Shown here: one piece after another, positions 1 to 8,135 of the stretch
How the letters are laid out: every line of letters starts with the position of its first letter
How positions within the stretch are numbered: the first letter of the stretch is position 1
UHGV virus genome: UHGV-0213324
Reading direction: 5' to 3' (one strand)
Source of the DNA: a virus
Length of the DNA stretch: 51,879 nt
Made by a program: the position numbers and the translations under genes
The notes under the pieces: model-generated
Seen by the model: the letters and a program-made list of their open reading frames with translations, nothing else
Databases searched by the model: none
What the model was told of the DNA's origin: nothing

Positions 1-1740
1 ATGCTTACTGATAAGTATTTGGAAGAATCTGGCGATGAAGTGTCTAATGAATTTAGCACACTGGAAACCGTGCTTCTTGTTTGGATGGGGTTAAGACTTC
101 GTAATTTATCAAATATCGAGAATATTGGAAATGATTATCCAAAATGGAAAAACAAGGCCATAGCAGAGTTTAATAAGTATAGTGGTACTGAATTTGGTAA
201 AACTAAAAAAACGTCTCTAGACATGGTAAAAAATGCGGTAGTAAACGGAGTGACGTTAACAATTGAAAATGTCTACAACCGTTTAAAAATGACTGATGAT
301 AAGTTAAAAAAGAAAAATATATTAATAAATGGAAAAAAAGATTTAAATAAAGGAATTAAAAGTACACAAAACGAATTAAAGAATTTATGCAATATCTCGA
401 ATAAATGTGCTAACAAACAGTTTATAAAAGCATGTGATGATGCATATTCAAAAATTATTGCCGGTCAAGATACTGAAAATGCAATAGAAAGTTCAATTAA
501 AAAATTAGTACAAAATGGCATTGAGGTTATAGGTTATACAAAAAACAATACTTCAATGGATGCTGCAGTCCGAAGGGCTGTTACTAGTGGGGTAAACCAG
601 ACATCATTAAAAATTAAAATAGCTAATTGTGAAAAGTTTGGAATAAATATTGTTAAAACATCATCACACGGTGGCGCCCGTCCTGATCATGCTAGATGGC
701 AAGGTCAGTTTTTTTATTTAGATAAACCGGTAAAGGGATTAAAAAAATTTAAGAGTTCTACAGGCTATGGTAAAGTTGATGGATTAGGCGGTGCAAATTG
801 TCGACATTCATTTTACGAAGTAACTAATTATGAGTATGAGAATAATTTAGTTAATGATGAAGAATTTGAATTGAATCGTAATAATGAGCAGTATGAGCTT
901 GAGCAGAAGCAGCGCTATTATGAACATCAAATTCGTAAATGGAAAAAAAGAAAAAATGTTTTAGATGAATGCGGTGTTGATTCCACTAAAGAAGCTAAAA
1001 AGATTAGGGAATGGCAAAACAAACGTTCTCAATTCATTAAAGAAAGCAATATCCAATTCAAGAAAGAACATGGAATTAATAACATTCTTAAAAAGGCTTA
1101 TCCAAGAGAGAAAGTCATTAAACGTCCTCTTTTTGGAGAAAATTCAAATGAAAAATTAATTAAAAAAGCTAATAACATTAAATATGATGGTGCTCCTAAA
1201 ATCTTTGATTATTCAAATGAAAAAGAAGAAAATATTATTGAAACCATTACAAAGGTCGATAAAGCATTCTTGAAAGATGGCTGTGAGCATATAGCAATTT
1301 CAAACAGAAAAACAGGTAAAATAATAGGCTCTTTATCTACTTCTGGTAATAAATCACATGTTGATCCTAGCAAAGAAATGTACAAACTTATATCAGAATC
1401 AGCTGAGAATAGTCTTACAATGGTACACAATCACCCTAAAAAATCCCCTCCTTCTGTTGGAGATATTATTAGTTGTAACAATAACAAAGCGATTGGTGAA
1501 ATGCTAGTTATAAATAGTGATGGTGAAACCTACTTTTTTTCAATTCCAAAAGATGCTAGAATTAACTTATCAACAGAAGAGGCGCGTCAAGAGTTAAGAA
1601 GTTATTTTAATGCAAAACGTAATTGGATAGCAAGTCAATATCCTGATGCAAGTGAAAATGATATTAGACACTTAACTTTAAAACGAATCTCAGAGGAGGC
1701 TGGATGGAATTATGGAAGAAAAAGAACCAAAAAAAAATGA
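1..1740 (+). CDS. Phage minor capsid protein (Phage_min_cap2/MuF-like) with C-terminal JAB/MPN-like domain
   Basis: Motifs AAVRRAVTSGVNQ, SSHGGARPDHARWQG, GLGGANCRHSF and EQKQRYYE are typical of this family; follows the portal on the circle; the C-terminal extension has E...HNHPxxxxPSxxD. Confidence 0.85.
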   Translation: MLTDKYLEESGDEVSNEFSTLETVLLVWMGLRLRNLSNIENIGNDYPKWKNKAIAEFNKYSGTEFGKTKKTSLDMVKNAVVNGVTLTIENVYNRLKMTDDKLKKKNILINGKKDLNKGIKSTQNELKNLCNISNKCANKQFIKACDDAYSKIIAGQDTENAIESSIKKLVQNGIEVIGYTKNNTSMDAAVRRAVTSGVNQTSLKIKIANCEKFGINIVKTSSHGGARPDHARWQGQFFYLDKPVKGLKKFKSSTGYGKVDGLGGANCRHSFYEVTNYEYENNLVNDEEFELNRNNEQYELEQKQRYYEHQIRKWKKRKNVLDECGVDSTKEAKKIREWQNKRSQFIKESNIQFKKEHGINNILKKAYPREKVIKRPLFGENSNEKLIKKANNIKYDGAPKIFDYSNEKEENIIETITKVDKAFLKDGCEHIAISNRKTGKIIGSLSTSGNKSHVDPSKEMYKLISESAENSLTMVHNHPKKSPPSVGDIISCNNNKAIGEMLVINSDGETYFFSIPKDARINLSTEEARQELRSYFNAKRNWIASQYPDASENDIRHLTLKRISEEAGWNYGRKRTKKK

Positions 1741-1942
1741 TGTTGAAGAAATTCAAGAAGTATTTGTTCCAGTTACAGAGGAAGAAATTGCTGAAAGGAT
1801 TAGAAACGGAGACTATGAATGGACCGAATATGATGGAGATGATACAGCACATCAATATGATGATTTAACTCCTGAAGAGCTAGAAGAAAAAATGGAAGAA
1901 TTAAGAAAAAAACTTTTTGGAAGTAAAAAAGGAAAGAAATGA
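1712..1942 (+). CDS. Small acidic protein, candidate immunity partner of the minor-capsid toxin domain
   Basis: 76 aa, very E/D-rich, overlaps the 3' end of the minor capsid gene, GGAGG upstream. Confidence 0.5.
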   Translation: MEEKEPKKNDVEEIQEVFVPVTEEEIAERIRNGDYEWTEYDGDDTAHQYDDLTPEELEEKMEELRKKLFGSKKGKK

Positions 1943-2030
1943 TGAGTTTGAAGAACATAAAAAATCATCAAGAAAAGATGGTAAATCTATATTTAAAATC
2001 TTAAAAGAGAGTCATAGTAAATAACAATTT

Positions 2031-2058
2031 AAGCCGACAAAAAGTCGGTTTTTATTTT
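2031..2058 (+). terminator. Intrinsic terminator
   Basis: GCCGAC-aaaaa-GTCGGT hairpin followed by a T-tract. Confidence 0.6.
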
Positions 2059-2081
2059 ACTGAAAATAGAAAGGAATAAAA

Positions 2082-2351
2082 ATGGATAGTAAAAAATTTA
2101 TTAAACTGTGTATAGATGAGGTAGTTAAATATACTAATGAGCATCTTGATAAAACAGATAAAAAGCAAATCACAAAAGATGATGTATTTGTTGTGTGGTC
2201 ATGCAAAACACTTCAAAACAACAAAGCATTGCTAAGTACAAATATTTTTGATGGTATGTATTATGAATGCACATATAACGGTGATAAGAATGAGCTCTAT
2301 TTTGATGCCTATAAAAAATGGGAAAATAGATGCATTAAATTAGGAGGATAA
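2082..2351 (+). CDS. DUF6275-like phage protein
   Basis: VFVVWSCKTLQNNKALLST...DGMYYECTYNGDKNELYFDAYKK signature; AAGGA RBS. Confidence 0.7.
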   Translation: MDSKKFIKLCIDEVVKYTNEHLDKTDKKQITKDDVFVVWSCKTLQNNKALLSTNIFDGMYYECTYNGDKNELYFDAYKKWENRCIKLGG

Positions 2352-2352
2352 T

Positions 2353-2601
2353 ATGGAATTAAAAGATACAATTGAAATGATGAATAGCAAAGATTATAAA
2401 GAAAGGTTTATAGCTGAATATCAACAAACTAAAATTAGATATGATAAATTGGACGCAATTACAGTCAAATATGAAGCTGGTACATTGACATTTACGCCAA
2501 AATGTTCATTAGAATTATTGAAAGAGCAAAAGAAATATATGGGTAACTATATTCGTTGTTTAAAAATTAGAGCAGAAATCGAAGGGATTGCTTTAAAATA
2601 G
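2353..2601 (+). CDS. crAss001_48/Y16Q-like small helical protein, candidate immune-signal sponge
   Basis: YKERFIAEYQQTKIRYDKL...LLKEQKKYMGNYIRCLKIRAEIEGI pattern; GGAGG RBS. Confidence 0.65.
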   Translation: MELKDTIEMMNSKDYKERFIAEYQQTKIRYDKLDAITVKYEAGTLTFTPKCSLELLKEQKKYMGNYIRCLKIRAEIEGIALK

Positions 2602-2687
2602 AATATATAGTTGTACAAAAATAAGATATTTATGCAGGACTAGGAATAGTCCTTTTATTATGTAATTTATTGCAAAGGAGTGGTTAA

Positions 2688-2909
2688 ATTGGGCAAGGTT
2701 TAAAAAATCACTGGCATGTACCATATCACTATAAGACGATTCATTATGATGATATGAACCGTGGTTTACATATTAGAAAAGATTATTATAGATGTATGAT
2801 ATGCGGAACTGAATGTCCATGCGAGACATATGCATCTAAAATTATTAAATCAAATTCAAAAACAAAAACACTTATGAAAAACAAGCGTAAATATGGCAAT
2901 CGTTACTGA
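2688..2909 (+). pseudogene. 73-codon His/Cys-rich ORF with a non-canonical ATT start (degenerate start or rare start codon)
   Basis: AAGGAG at 2675-2680, then ATT GGG CAA GGT..., open to TGA at 2907-2909; contains CMIC; followed by a hairpin and T-tract. Confidence 0.4.
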
Positions 2910-2938
2910 TTGCTTTTTTTATGTCTGAAAGCAAATTT

Positions 2939-3001
2939 TGAGGCGGGCAACTCGTAAATCTGCGACCCCACAAGTTGATGCAACCAACGTACAAAAAGCG
3001 T
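2939..3001 (+). ncRNA. Structured leader with two tandem H-type pseudoknots upstream of the scaffold gene (GP20-type RNA motif candidate)
   Basis: TGAG/CTCG stem whose loop GCGG pairs CTGC (2960-63); GTTG/CAAC stem whose loop ATGC pairs GCGT (2998-3001). Confidence 0.45.
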
Positions 3002-3023
3002 AGTGACGAAAGGAAATAAAGGT

Positions 3024-3638
3024 ATGAAAAGAGAATTTTTAACAAATTTAGGGTTAACTGAAGAACAAGTAAATAAAATTATGGACGAAAATGGTAGAGA
3101 TATTGAGAAATATCGTAAAGATGTAGAAAAGTATTCAAAGGAAAGTGAAAAATATAAAACTCAATATGAATCTACAAAATCTTCTTTAGATGAGGCTAAT
3201 AAAACTATTGCTTCTTATAAAGATAAGGATATGGATATCGAAAAAATTCAAAAGTCAGCTGATGAATGGAAACAAAAATATGAAACTGATACTAAAAACT
3301 TAAATGAGAAATTAATTGCACAAGAAAGAAGTTATGCAATGGATAGTTATTTTTCAGGTATGAAATTTACTAGTGAAAGTGCTAAGCGTGGAATTATGGC
3401 TCAATTCAATGAACAAAACTTTGAATTAAAAGAAGGTAAGTTTATTGGAGCAGATGAGTATATAAAAACGTTACAAGAAAGCGATTCAGGAGCCTTTGTT
3501 AAAGAGGAAACTAATAACGTTTCTTTACCTACTTTTTCCAGAGGTTCAAACACACAAATTAACAATGATAAGAAGGATCAAGCTTCTGGGTTTGGCTTTA
3601 GCTTTAATGGGGTTAGAGCAAAACCAAAAGAAAATTAG
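3024..3638 (+). CDS. Capsid scaffolding protein (Phage_GP20 family)
   Basis: N-terminus MKREFLTNLGLTEEQVNKIMDENGRDIE, coiled coil, directly upstream of the major capsid gene. Confidence 0.85.
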   Translation: MKREFLTNLGLTEEQVNKIMDENGRDIEKYRKDVEKYSKESEKYKTQYESTKSSLDEANKTIASYKDKDMDIEKIQKSADEWKQKYETDTKNLNEKLIAQERSYAMDSYFSGMKFTSESAKRGIMAQFNEQNFELKEGKFIGADEYIKTLQESDSGAFVKEETNNVSLPTFSRGSNTQINNDKKDQASGFGFSFNGVRAKPKEN

Positions 3639-3667
3639 TAAATAAAAATTATTTAGGAGGAAATAAA

Positions 3668-4558
3668 ATGGATCAATTAAACTATGCAGAAAGCTACCAA
3701 CAAGCGTTAGAACAAGGGTGGCCATATACATTATATTTTGGGGCGTTGTTTTCAACACCAAACAACGGGCGATATAGATGGGTTAATGCTCGTACGATTG
3801 AGATTCCTACATTAGAAACAACAGGGCGTGTTGATGCAAATAGGGATACTATTGCAACTGCAAAACGAAACTATAACAATAAATGGAATGCATTAACATT
3901 AAGCAATGAAAGAAAATGGTCAACGTTAGTACATCCAAAAGATATTGATCAAACAAATTTAGTAGCTTCAATTGGAAATATTACTCGTACTTTTAATGAA
4001 GAGAATAAGTTTCCAGAAATGGATTGTTATTGTGTTTCTAAAATTTATTCTGATTATACTGAAAATGGTAAAAGTGCATTAACTGATGAAATCACTGTTG
4101 ATAATATCTTAACCATTTTTGATAAAATGATGGAAGAAATGGCTGAGTCTAGGGTTCCAGTAGAAGGACGTATTTTATATATCACGCCAGTATATAATAC
4201 AATGTTAAAGCAAGCTAAGGAATTGGCGCGTCAAATTGTTATTGGTAACTCAGCAAGTGCTTTAAACCGTACTATTGCTAACTTAGATCGAGTTACAATT
4301 ACTGAAGTACCAAGCAGTATAATGAAAACTGTTTATGATTTTACTGAAGGTGCTAAGCCTGGAAGTAGTGCAAAACAAATTAAAATGTTCCTTGTTCATC
4401 CGTTAGCTGTAATCACACCAATCAATTATGAATTTGTTAAATTGGATGAACCTAGTGCTGGCAGTGAAGGAAAGTATGTATATTACGAAGAATCTCATGA
4501 AGATGTATTTGTATTAAAGAAAAAAATTGATGGAATTCAATTCGTTGTGGAGGAATAG
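3668..4558 (+). CDS. Major capsid protein
   Basis: 296 aa after the scaffold gene; strong AGGAGG RBS; motifs PEMDCY...SKIY, GRILYITP, YYEESHEDVFV. Confidence 0.85.
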   Translation: MDQLNYAESYQQALEQGWPYTLYFGALFSTPNNGRYRWVNARTIEIPTLETTGRVDANRDTIATAKRNYNNKWNALTLSNERKWSTLVHPKDIDQTNLVASIGNITRTFNEENKFPEMDCYCVSKIYSDYTENGKSALTDEITVDNILTIFDKMMEEMAESRVPVEGRILYITPVYNTMLKQAKELARQIVIGNSASALNRTIANLDRVTITEVPSSIMKTVYDFTEGAKPGSSAKQIKMFLVHPLAVITPINYEFVKLDEPSAGSEGKYVYYEESHEDVFVLKKKIDGIQFVVEE

Positions 4559-4560
4559 TT

Positions 4561-4896
4561 ATGGCTATTGTATTAAAAGGAAATAGACAATTAACAATTG
4601 AGGAGCATAAGGTAGAAGACTATGTTGCTCAAGGATATGATTATATTGATAAATGCGGTAATGTACTTACTAAAGGGGATCCAATTACCTTAACTGACTA
4701 TAAGCGTGAATATGCAGCTTTAAAAAAAGAAGTTAAAACTAAAGATAGTACGCTGCAAGAAGCATTGAATAAAGTAAAGACCCTTGAAAGTTCAGTTGCT
4801 GATAAAGAGGCTGAGATTGAAAAATTAAATGCTAAAATTGCTGAATTTGAAAAAAATCAGTCAACTAGCAAAAATTCAAAATCAGCATCTAAATAA
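4561..4896 (+). CDS. Hypothetical head-associated protein with coiled coil
   Basis: Position after the major capsid gene; KGNRQLTI...YVAQGYD N-terminus. Confidence 0.55.
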   Translation: MAIVLKGNRQLTIEEHKVEDYVAQGYDYIDKCGNVLTKGDPITLTDYKREYAALKKEVKTKDSTLQEALNKVKTLESSVADKEAEIEKLNAKIAEFEKNQSTSKNSKSASK

Positions 4897-4898
4897 CA

Positions 4899-5309
4899 AT
4901 GGAAGTTACATATAAATATTATTCAAGTGTGTTCAAGGGCAAATTATGTCAAGTCGAGTTTGAAGAACTTGTAAGTGTAGCGGTAGATATTGCTAAACAG
5001 TATGCAGAACAATTTATTGCACCATGGGCTTTGAAACCGGACATTGAATATTATTGTATAAAAGATATCAAAAAGGCAGTTTGTTATCAAATTGATTATT
5101 TAGCTTTTAATGGTGGTATTAAAGTGCTTAGCGGTTCTAGTGAACTTGATTTAACAAGTGTTAGCAAAGATGGATTCACTTACAATTATAATGCTGATAG
5201 GGGAATAAAATTTAATGGGATTCCCTTTTCTCCGTTAGCAATCAACATCATTAGATGCGGATTACACAGCAATGGTTTGATGTGTAGGAGAGCTAAGCGG
5301 TATGATTAG
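4899..5309 (+). CDS. Head-tail adaptor protein
   Basis: YKYY...F...IKKAVCYQIDY pattern; synteny. Confidence 0.7.
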   Translation: MEVTYKYYSSVFKGKLCQVEFEELVSVAVDIAKQYAEQFIAPWALKPDIEYYCIKDIKKAVCYQIDYLAFNGGIKVLSGSSELDLTSVSKDGFTYNYNADRGIKFNGIPFSPLAINIIRCGLHSNGLMCRRAKRYD

Positions 5310-5700
5310 TTCTCCTAGAATATTAAGACCGTTTACAGCAACACTTATCCACAAAATAGATGATGAATCATTTATTACCGTTGAATTGAAGTACGTTGCG
5401 TTTGATGAGAGTTATGGAATCAAGCAGAGCAATAAGGGTATTAGTGATGCTGATAACGTTTTATTAACGATAGATTTAAGTGATTGTGGCGGTATGAAAT
5501 ATGTTGATGAAATTTATTTTAAAAGAGAAAAAAATACCTTCACAATCAGTAATGAAGATTATTTTGTTATTGGAAATGTAACAGAAAGTGATTTTGACAC
5601 ATTAAGGGAAACTATGAATGTATATTCAATTAATAAATTTTCATTTTCTCGTACGCTCAATAGTAAAGAGGTGCAGTTTATTGAGGTATATGCATCATGA
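5302..5700 (+). CDS. Head closure/stopper protein
   Basis: Beta-rich 132 aa; synteny in the neck module. Confidence 0.6.
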   Translation: MISSPRILRPFTATLIHKIDDESFITVELKYVAFDESYGIKQSNKGISDADNVLLTIDLSDCGGMKYVDEIYFKREKNTFTISNEDYFVIGNVTESDFDTLRETMNVYSINKFSFSRTLNSKEVQFIEVYAS

Positions 5701-6050
5701 AAATTACTATTGATGTTGATTTCAACGCTATAAAAAAAGGCTTAAGAAAAGAACGTGAAGAAAGTTATCGTACTTTAAAAAATGCGGTGATAAGAGATAC
5801 AGATCCATATGTTCCGATGTCAAATTTAAATCATACACATTTAAAGGATACTCCCGGTCTTAACCATGATATGTATAGTGTTGTTTATGATACTGATTAT
5901 GCTGGTAAGATTTATAAGGGTTCTGAAATGAATTTTAATAAATCACAACATCCGAAAGCAACTCATGAGTGGCTTGAAGCATCTAAGGCAGTGAATATTA
6001 AGAACTGGATAAAATTAGTAGGTGAAACTTATGGAAATAAAAAGAAATAA
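5697..6050 (+). CDS. Neck protein (Minor_capsid_2-like)
   Basis: DTDPYVP...YDTDYA...HPKATHEWLE motifs. Confidence 0.7.
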   Translation: MKITIDVDFNAIKKGLRKEREESYRTLKNAVIRDTDPYVPMSNLNHTHLKDTPGLNHDMYSVVYDTDYAGKIYKGSEMNFNKSQHPKATHEWLEASKAVNIKNWIKLVGETYGNKKK

Positions 6051-6510
6051 ATTAACATTTGAGGAATACAATCGCGTTTTTGAATGTATTTATGGCTTTA
6101 TAAAAAAATTGGAAATTCCTAATATTAAAAAAAGCATGTGGAAGCTTGAATTTATGACGAGCAGCAAGAGCGATCAAATTATGGTACAAAGAGTTTCTAA
6201 TCGTGCTGAAAAGCTGAATGAAAATATAATCGGAGGCTATACTGCGGTATTGCCTTTTTATATTAATTATTTATCAAGTGCGAGAACTGAAGATGCTCTA
6301 CTTAGAATTACTGAGCCTTTAGATATACTCGCAAAAAAATTCGAAGAAGAAATGCATAATAATTTTATAAGTATTTCTTTTCCTGATGACATTGTGCCAC
6401 AAAGACTTGAAATGGTTGTTAATCCAGGATCAACAACATTAGAAAATGGAATGACAGTCTTTACAGCAATGTATCAGCTTACTTATTACAAGAAAGGAGC
6501 ATTTGAATAA
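6031..6510 (+). CDS. Tail terminator-like protein
   Basis: Directly upstream of the major tail gene; ends YQLTYYKK. Confidence 0.6.
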   Translation: MEIKRNKLTFEEYNRVFECIYGFIKKLEIPNIKKSMWKLEFMTSSKSDQIMVQRVSNRAEKLNENIIGGYTAVLPFYINYLSSARTEDALLRITEPLDILAKKFEEEMHNNFISISFPDDIVPQRLEMVVNPGSTTLENGMTVFTAMYQLTYYKKGAFE

Positions 6511-7073
6511 TGACAATTGTTTTAAAAGATAAAGTAGTAAATCGTCATGAAAATTTACATTATGTTGAATGGGAAGGTGTTTCAAAACCGGTATTAGCAG
6601 GTACTGGTATAACTGACTGGACACAGGCATCTGAGCCAAGTACTGATGATGGACAATATATTAATGAAAAGACAGCTCATAAAAATATGATGGCATATAA
6701 CCCAAGTGTTAGTTATGTCGGTGAACTTATTCCTAATAATGAATTTATTCGCCATGTTTATGAAGTGGGAAAAAAAGAAATTATCGGAGCTCAGTTTACT
6801 GAATATGAAGTTGAAACTTGGGCGCCTATAGAAGGATCGAGCGGTAATTTTAGCGCACATTCAAGAACTTATGAAATTCAGCCCTCTAATCCAGGTTCTG
6901 GAGAAGGTGGGGGTAAAATTGCCTTGGAAGGAACTTTTGCTCAAAAAGGTGAAACAAAACACGGGCAATACAATATTACCTCAGGAGAGTTTACCGAAGG
7001 TAACTATGACTATACAACGGGTAAATTTACTTCAGCTTTATCTAAAGCATCATCTGTATCAACTGGTAAATAA
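6510..7073 (+). CDS. Major tail (tube) protein
   Basis: 187 aa with QYINEKT...YNPSVSY; synteny. Confidence 0.75.
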   Translation: MTIVLKDKVVNRHENLHYVEWEGVSKPVLAGTGITDWTQASEPSTDDGQYINEKTAHKNMMAYNPSVSYVGELIPNNEFIRHVYEVGKKEIIGAQFTEYEVETWAPIEGSSGNFSAHSRTYEIQPSNPGSGEGGGKIALEGTFAQKGETKHGQYNITSGEFTEGNYDYTTGKFTSALSKASSVSTGK

Positions 7074-7097
7074 AAATTATGAAAGGGTTTGTTGAAT

Positions 7098-7595
7098 ATG
7101 TTGAAAATTGAATTACAAGAAAACACGTTTGATGTAGAGATTTATGAAAATGTTTTTACGATTAATGCTGATGATATTTCAAATCATCAGGCTATTGATT
7201 ATATGTTAAAAAAATATAGGGGTAATAGAAATATTACTGATGAATTTATTGATGATTGTAAAGAATGTATAGATATTTTGCTAGGTGAGGGAGCATATAA
7301 ACAACTTTTTAAAATTGATGATATGAAACCATATTATGTAATTGTTGCTCTTGCGGAGGAATTGCAAGAACATTTTGAGAAAGCAGCTACTACCGAAAAA
7401 CAACAAGTTAAACAAAATAAACTTAAAGAGGAATTAAATAATCTAACAGAAATTTCTAAAGAAATGAGTAACATCAATAAGCAGATGGAATATGCAAATA
7501 AAAAATATGGGATGAAGAACTATGTTAATTCTAGACAAAAAAGACCTTCAAAAAAATATAACAATAAATCAAAAAAAGATCGCAATAAAAACTGA
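7098..7595 (+). CDS. Tail assembly chaperone
   Basis: IDILLGEGAYKQLF motif; between the major tail and tape measure genes. Confidence 0.65.
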   Translation: MLKIELQENTFDVEIYENVFTINADDISNHQAIDYMLKKYRGNRNITDEFIDDCKECIDILLGEGAYKQLFKIDDMKPYYVIVALAEELQEHFEKAATTEKQQVKQNKLKEELNNLTEISKEMSNINKQMEYANKKYGMKNYVNSRQKRPSKKYNNKSKKDRNKN

Positions 7596-8115
7596 CTTTA
7601 GGTCATGGATCAAATTTTCTTGTGTTTTAAATGATCCTCATATTGATGCAAACTATAAAATTGCGATGCTGTTTGATACTGTAATTTCCCCATACTGGTG
7701 TGATTTAAATCTTAATATAGAAGAAACTGTTCAAGCATTACTTGAATTCTACAACTGTAATAAAAAAGTAAAGTCTAAAAAGAAACCTAGTGATAAAATC
7801 GGGTTTCTTTTTGATTATGATATGGACCTTATTTATGCAGCCTTTAGACAGCAGTATAAAATAAATCTTTTTACTTGCAATATGCACTGGTGGGAATTTA
7901 AAGCAATGCTTGATGGTCTTACCGATACAACTAAGTTTGTTCAGGTTGTTGGGTATAGAGTAACAGATTTGTCAAAAATCAAAGATAAAAATGAACGGGC
8001 TAGAATGAAAGAACTGCAAAATCATTATGCAATTGATCAGCAAAAAGATCCGTTTGTCAGAACTCAGGAGGAAATTGAAGCGGAGTTATTCAAACAGTTA
8101 GGAATAAAAAAATAA
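7522..8115 (+). CDS. Gp15 family (A118-like) tail chaperone
   Basis: TDFRSWIKF, FDYDMDLIYAAFRQQYKINL, MHWWEFKAMLDGL. Confidence 0.85.
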   Translation: MLILDKKDLQKNITINQKKIAIKTDFRSWIKFSCVLNDPHIDANYKIAMLFDTVISPYWCDLNLNIEETVQALLEFYNCNKKVKSKKKPSDKIGFLFDYDMDLIYAAFRQQYKINLFTCNMHWWEFKAMLDGLTDTTKFVQVVGYRVTDLSKIKDKNERARMKELQNHYAIDQQKDPFVRTQEEIEAELFKQLGIKK

Positions 8116-8135
8116 ATGTATAGGTAGGTGATATT

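Noticed and set aside
7500..7595. Programmed frameshift joining the two tail chaperones
   Set aside because: The overlap is in the +1 relation and I see no convincing slippery heptamer; the Gp15 gene has its own ATG. Not excluded, but unsupported.
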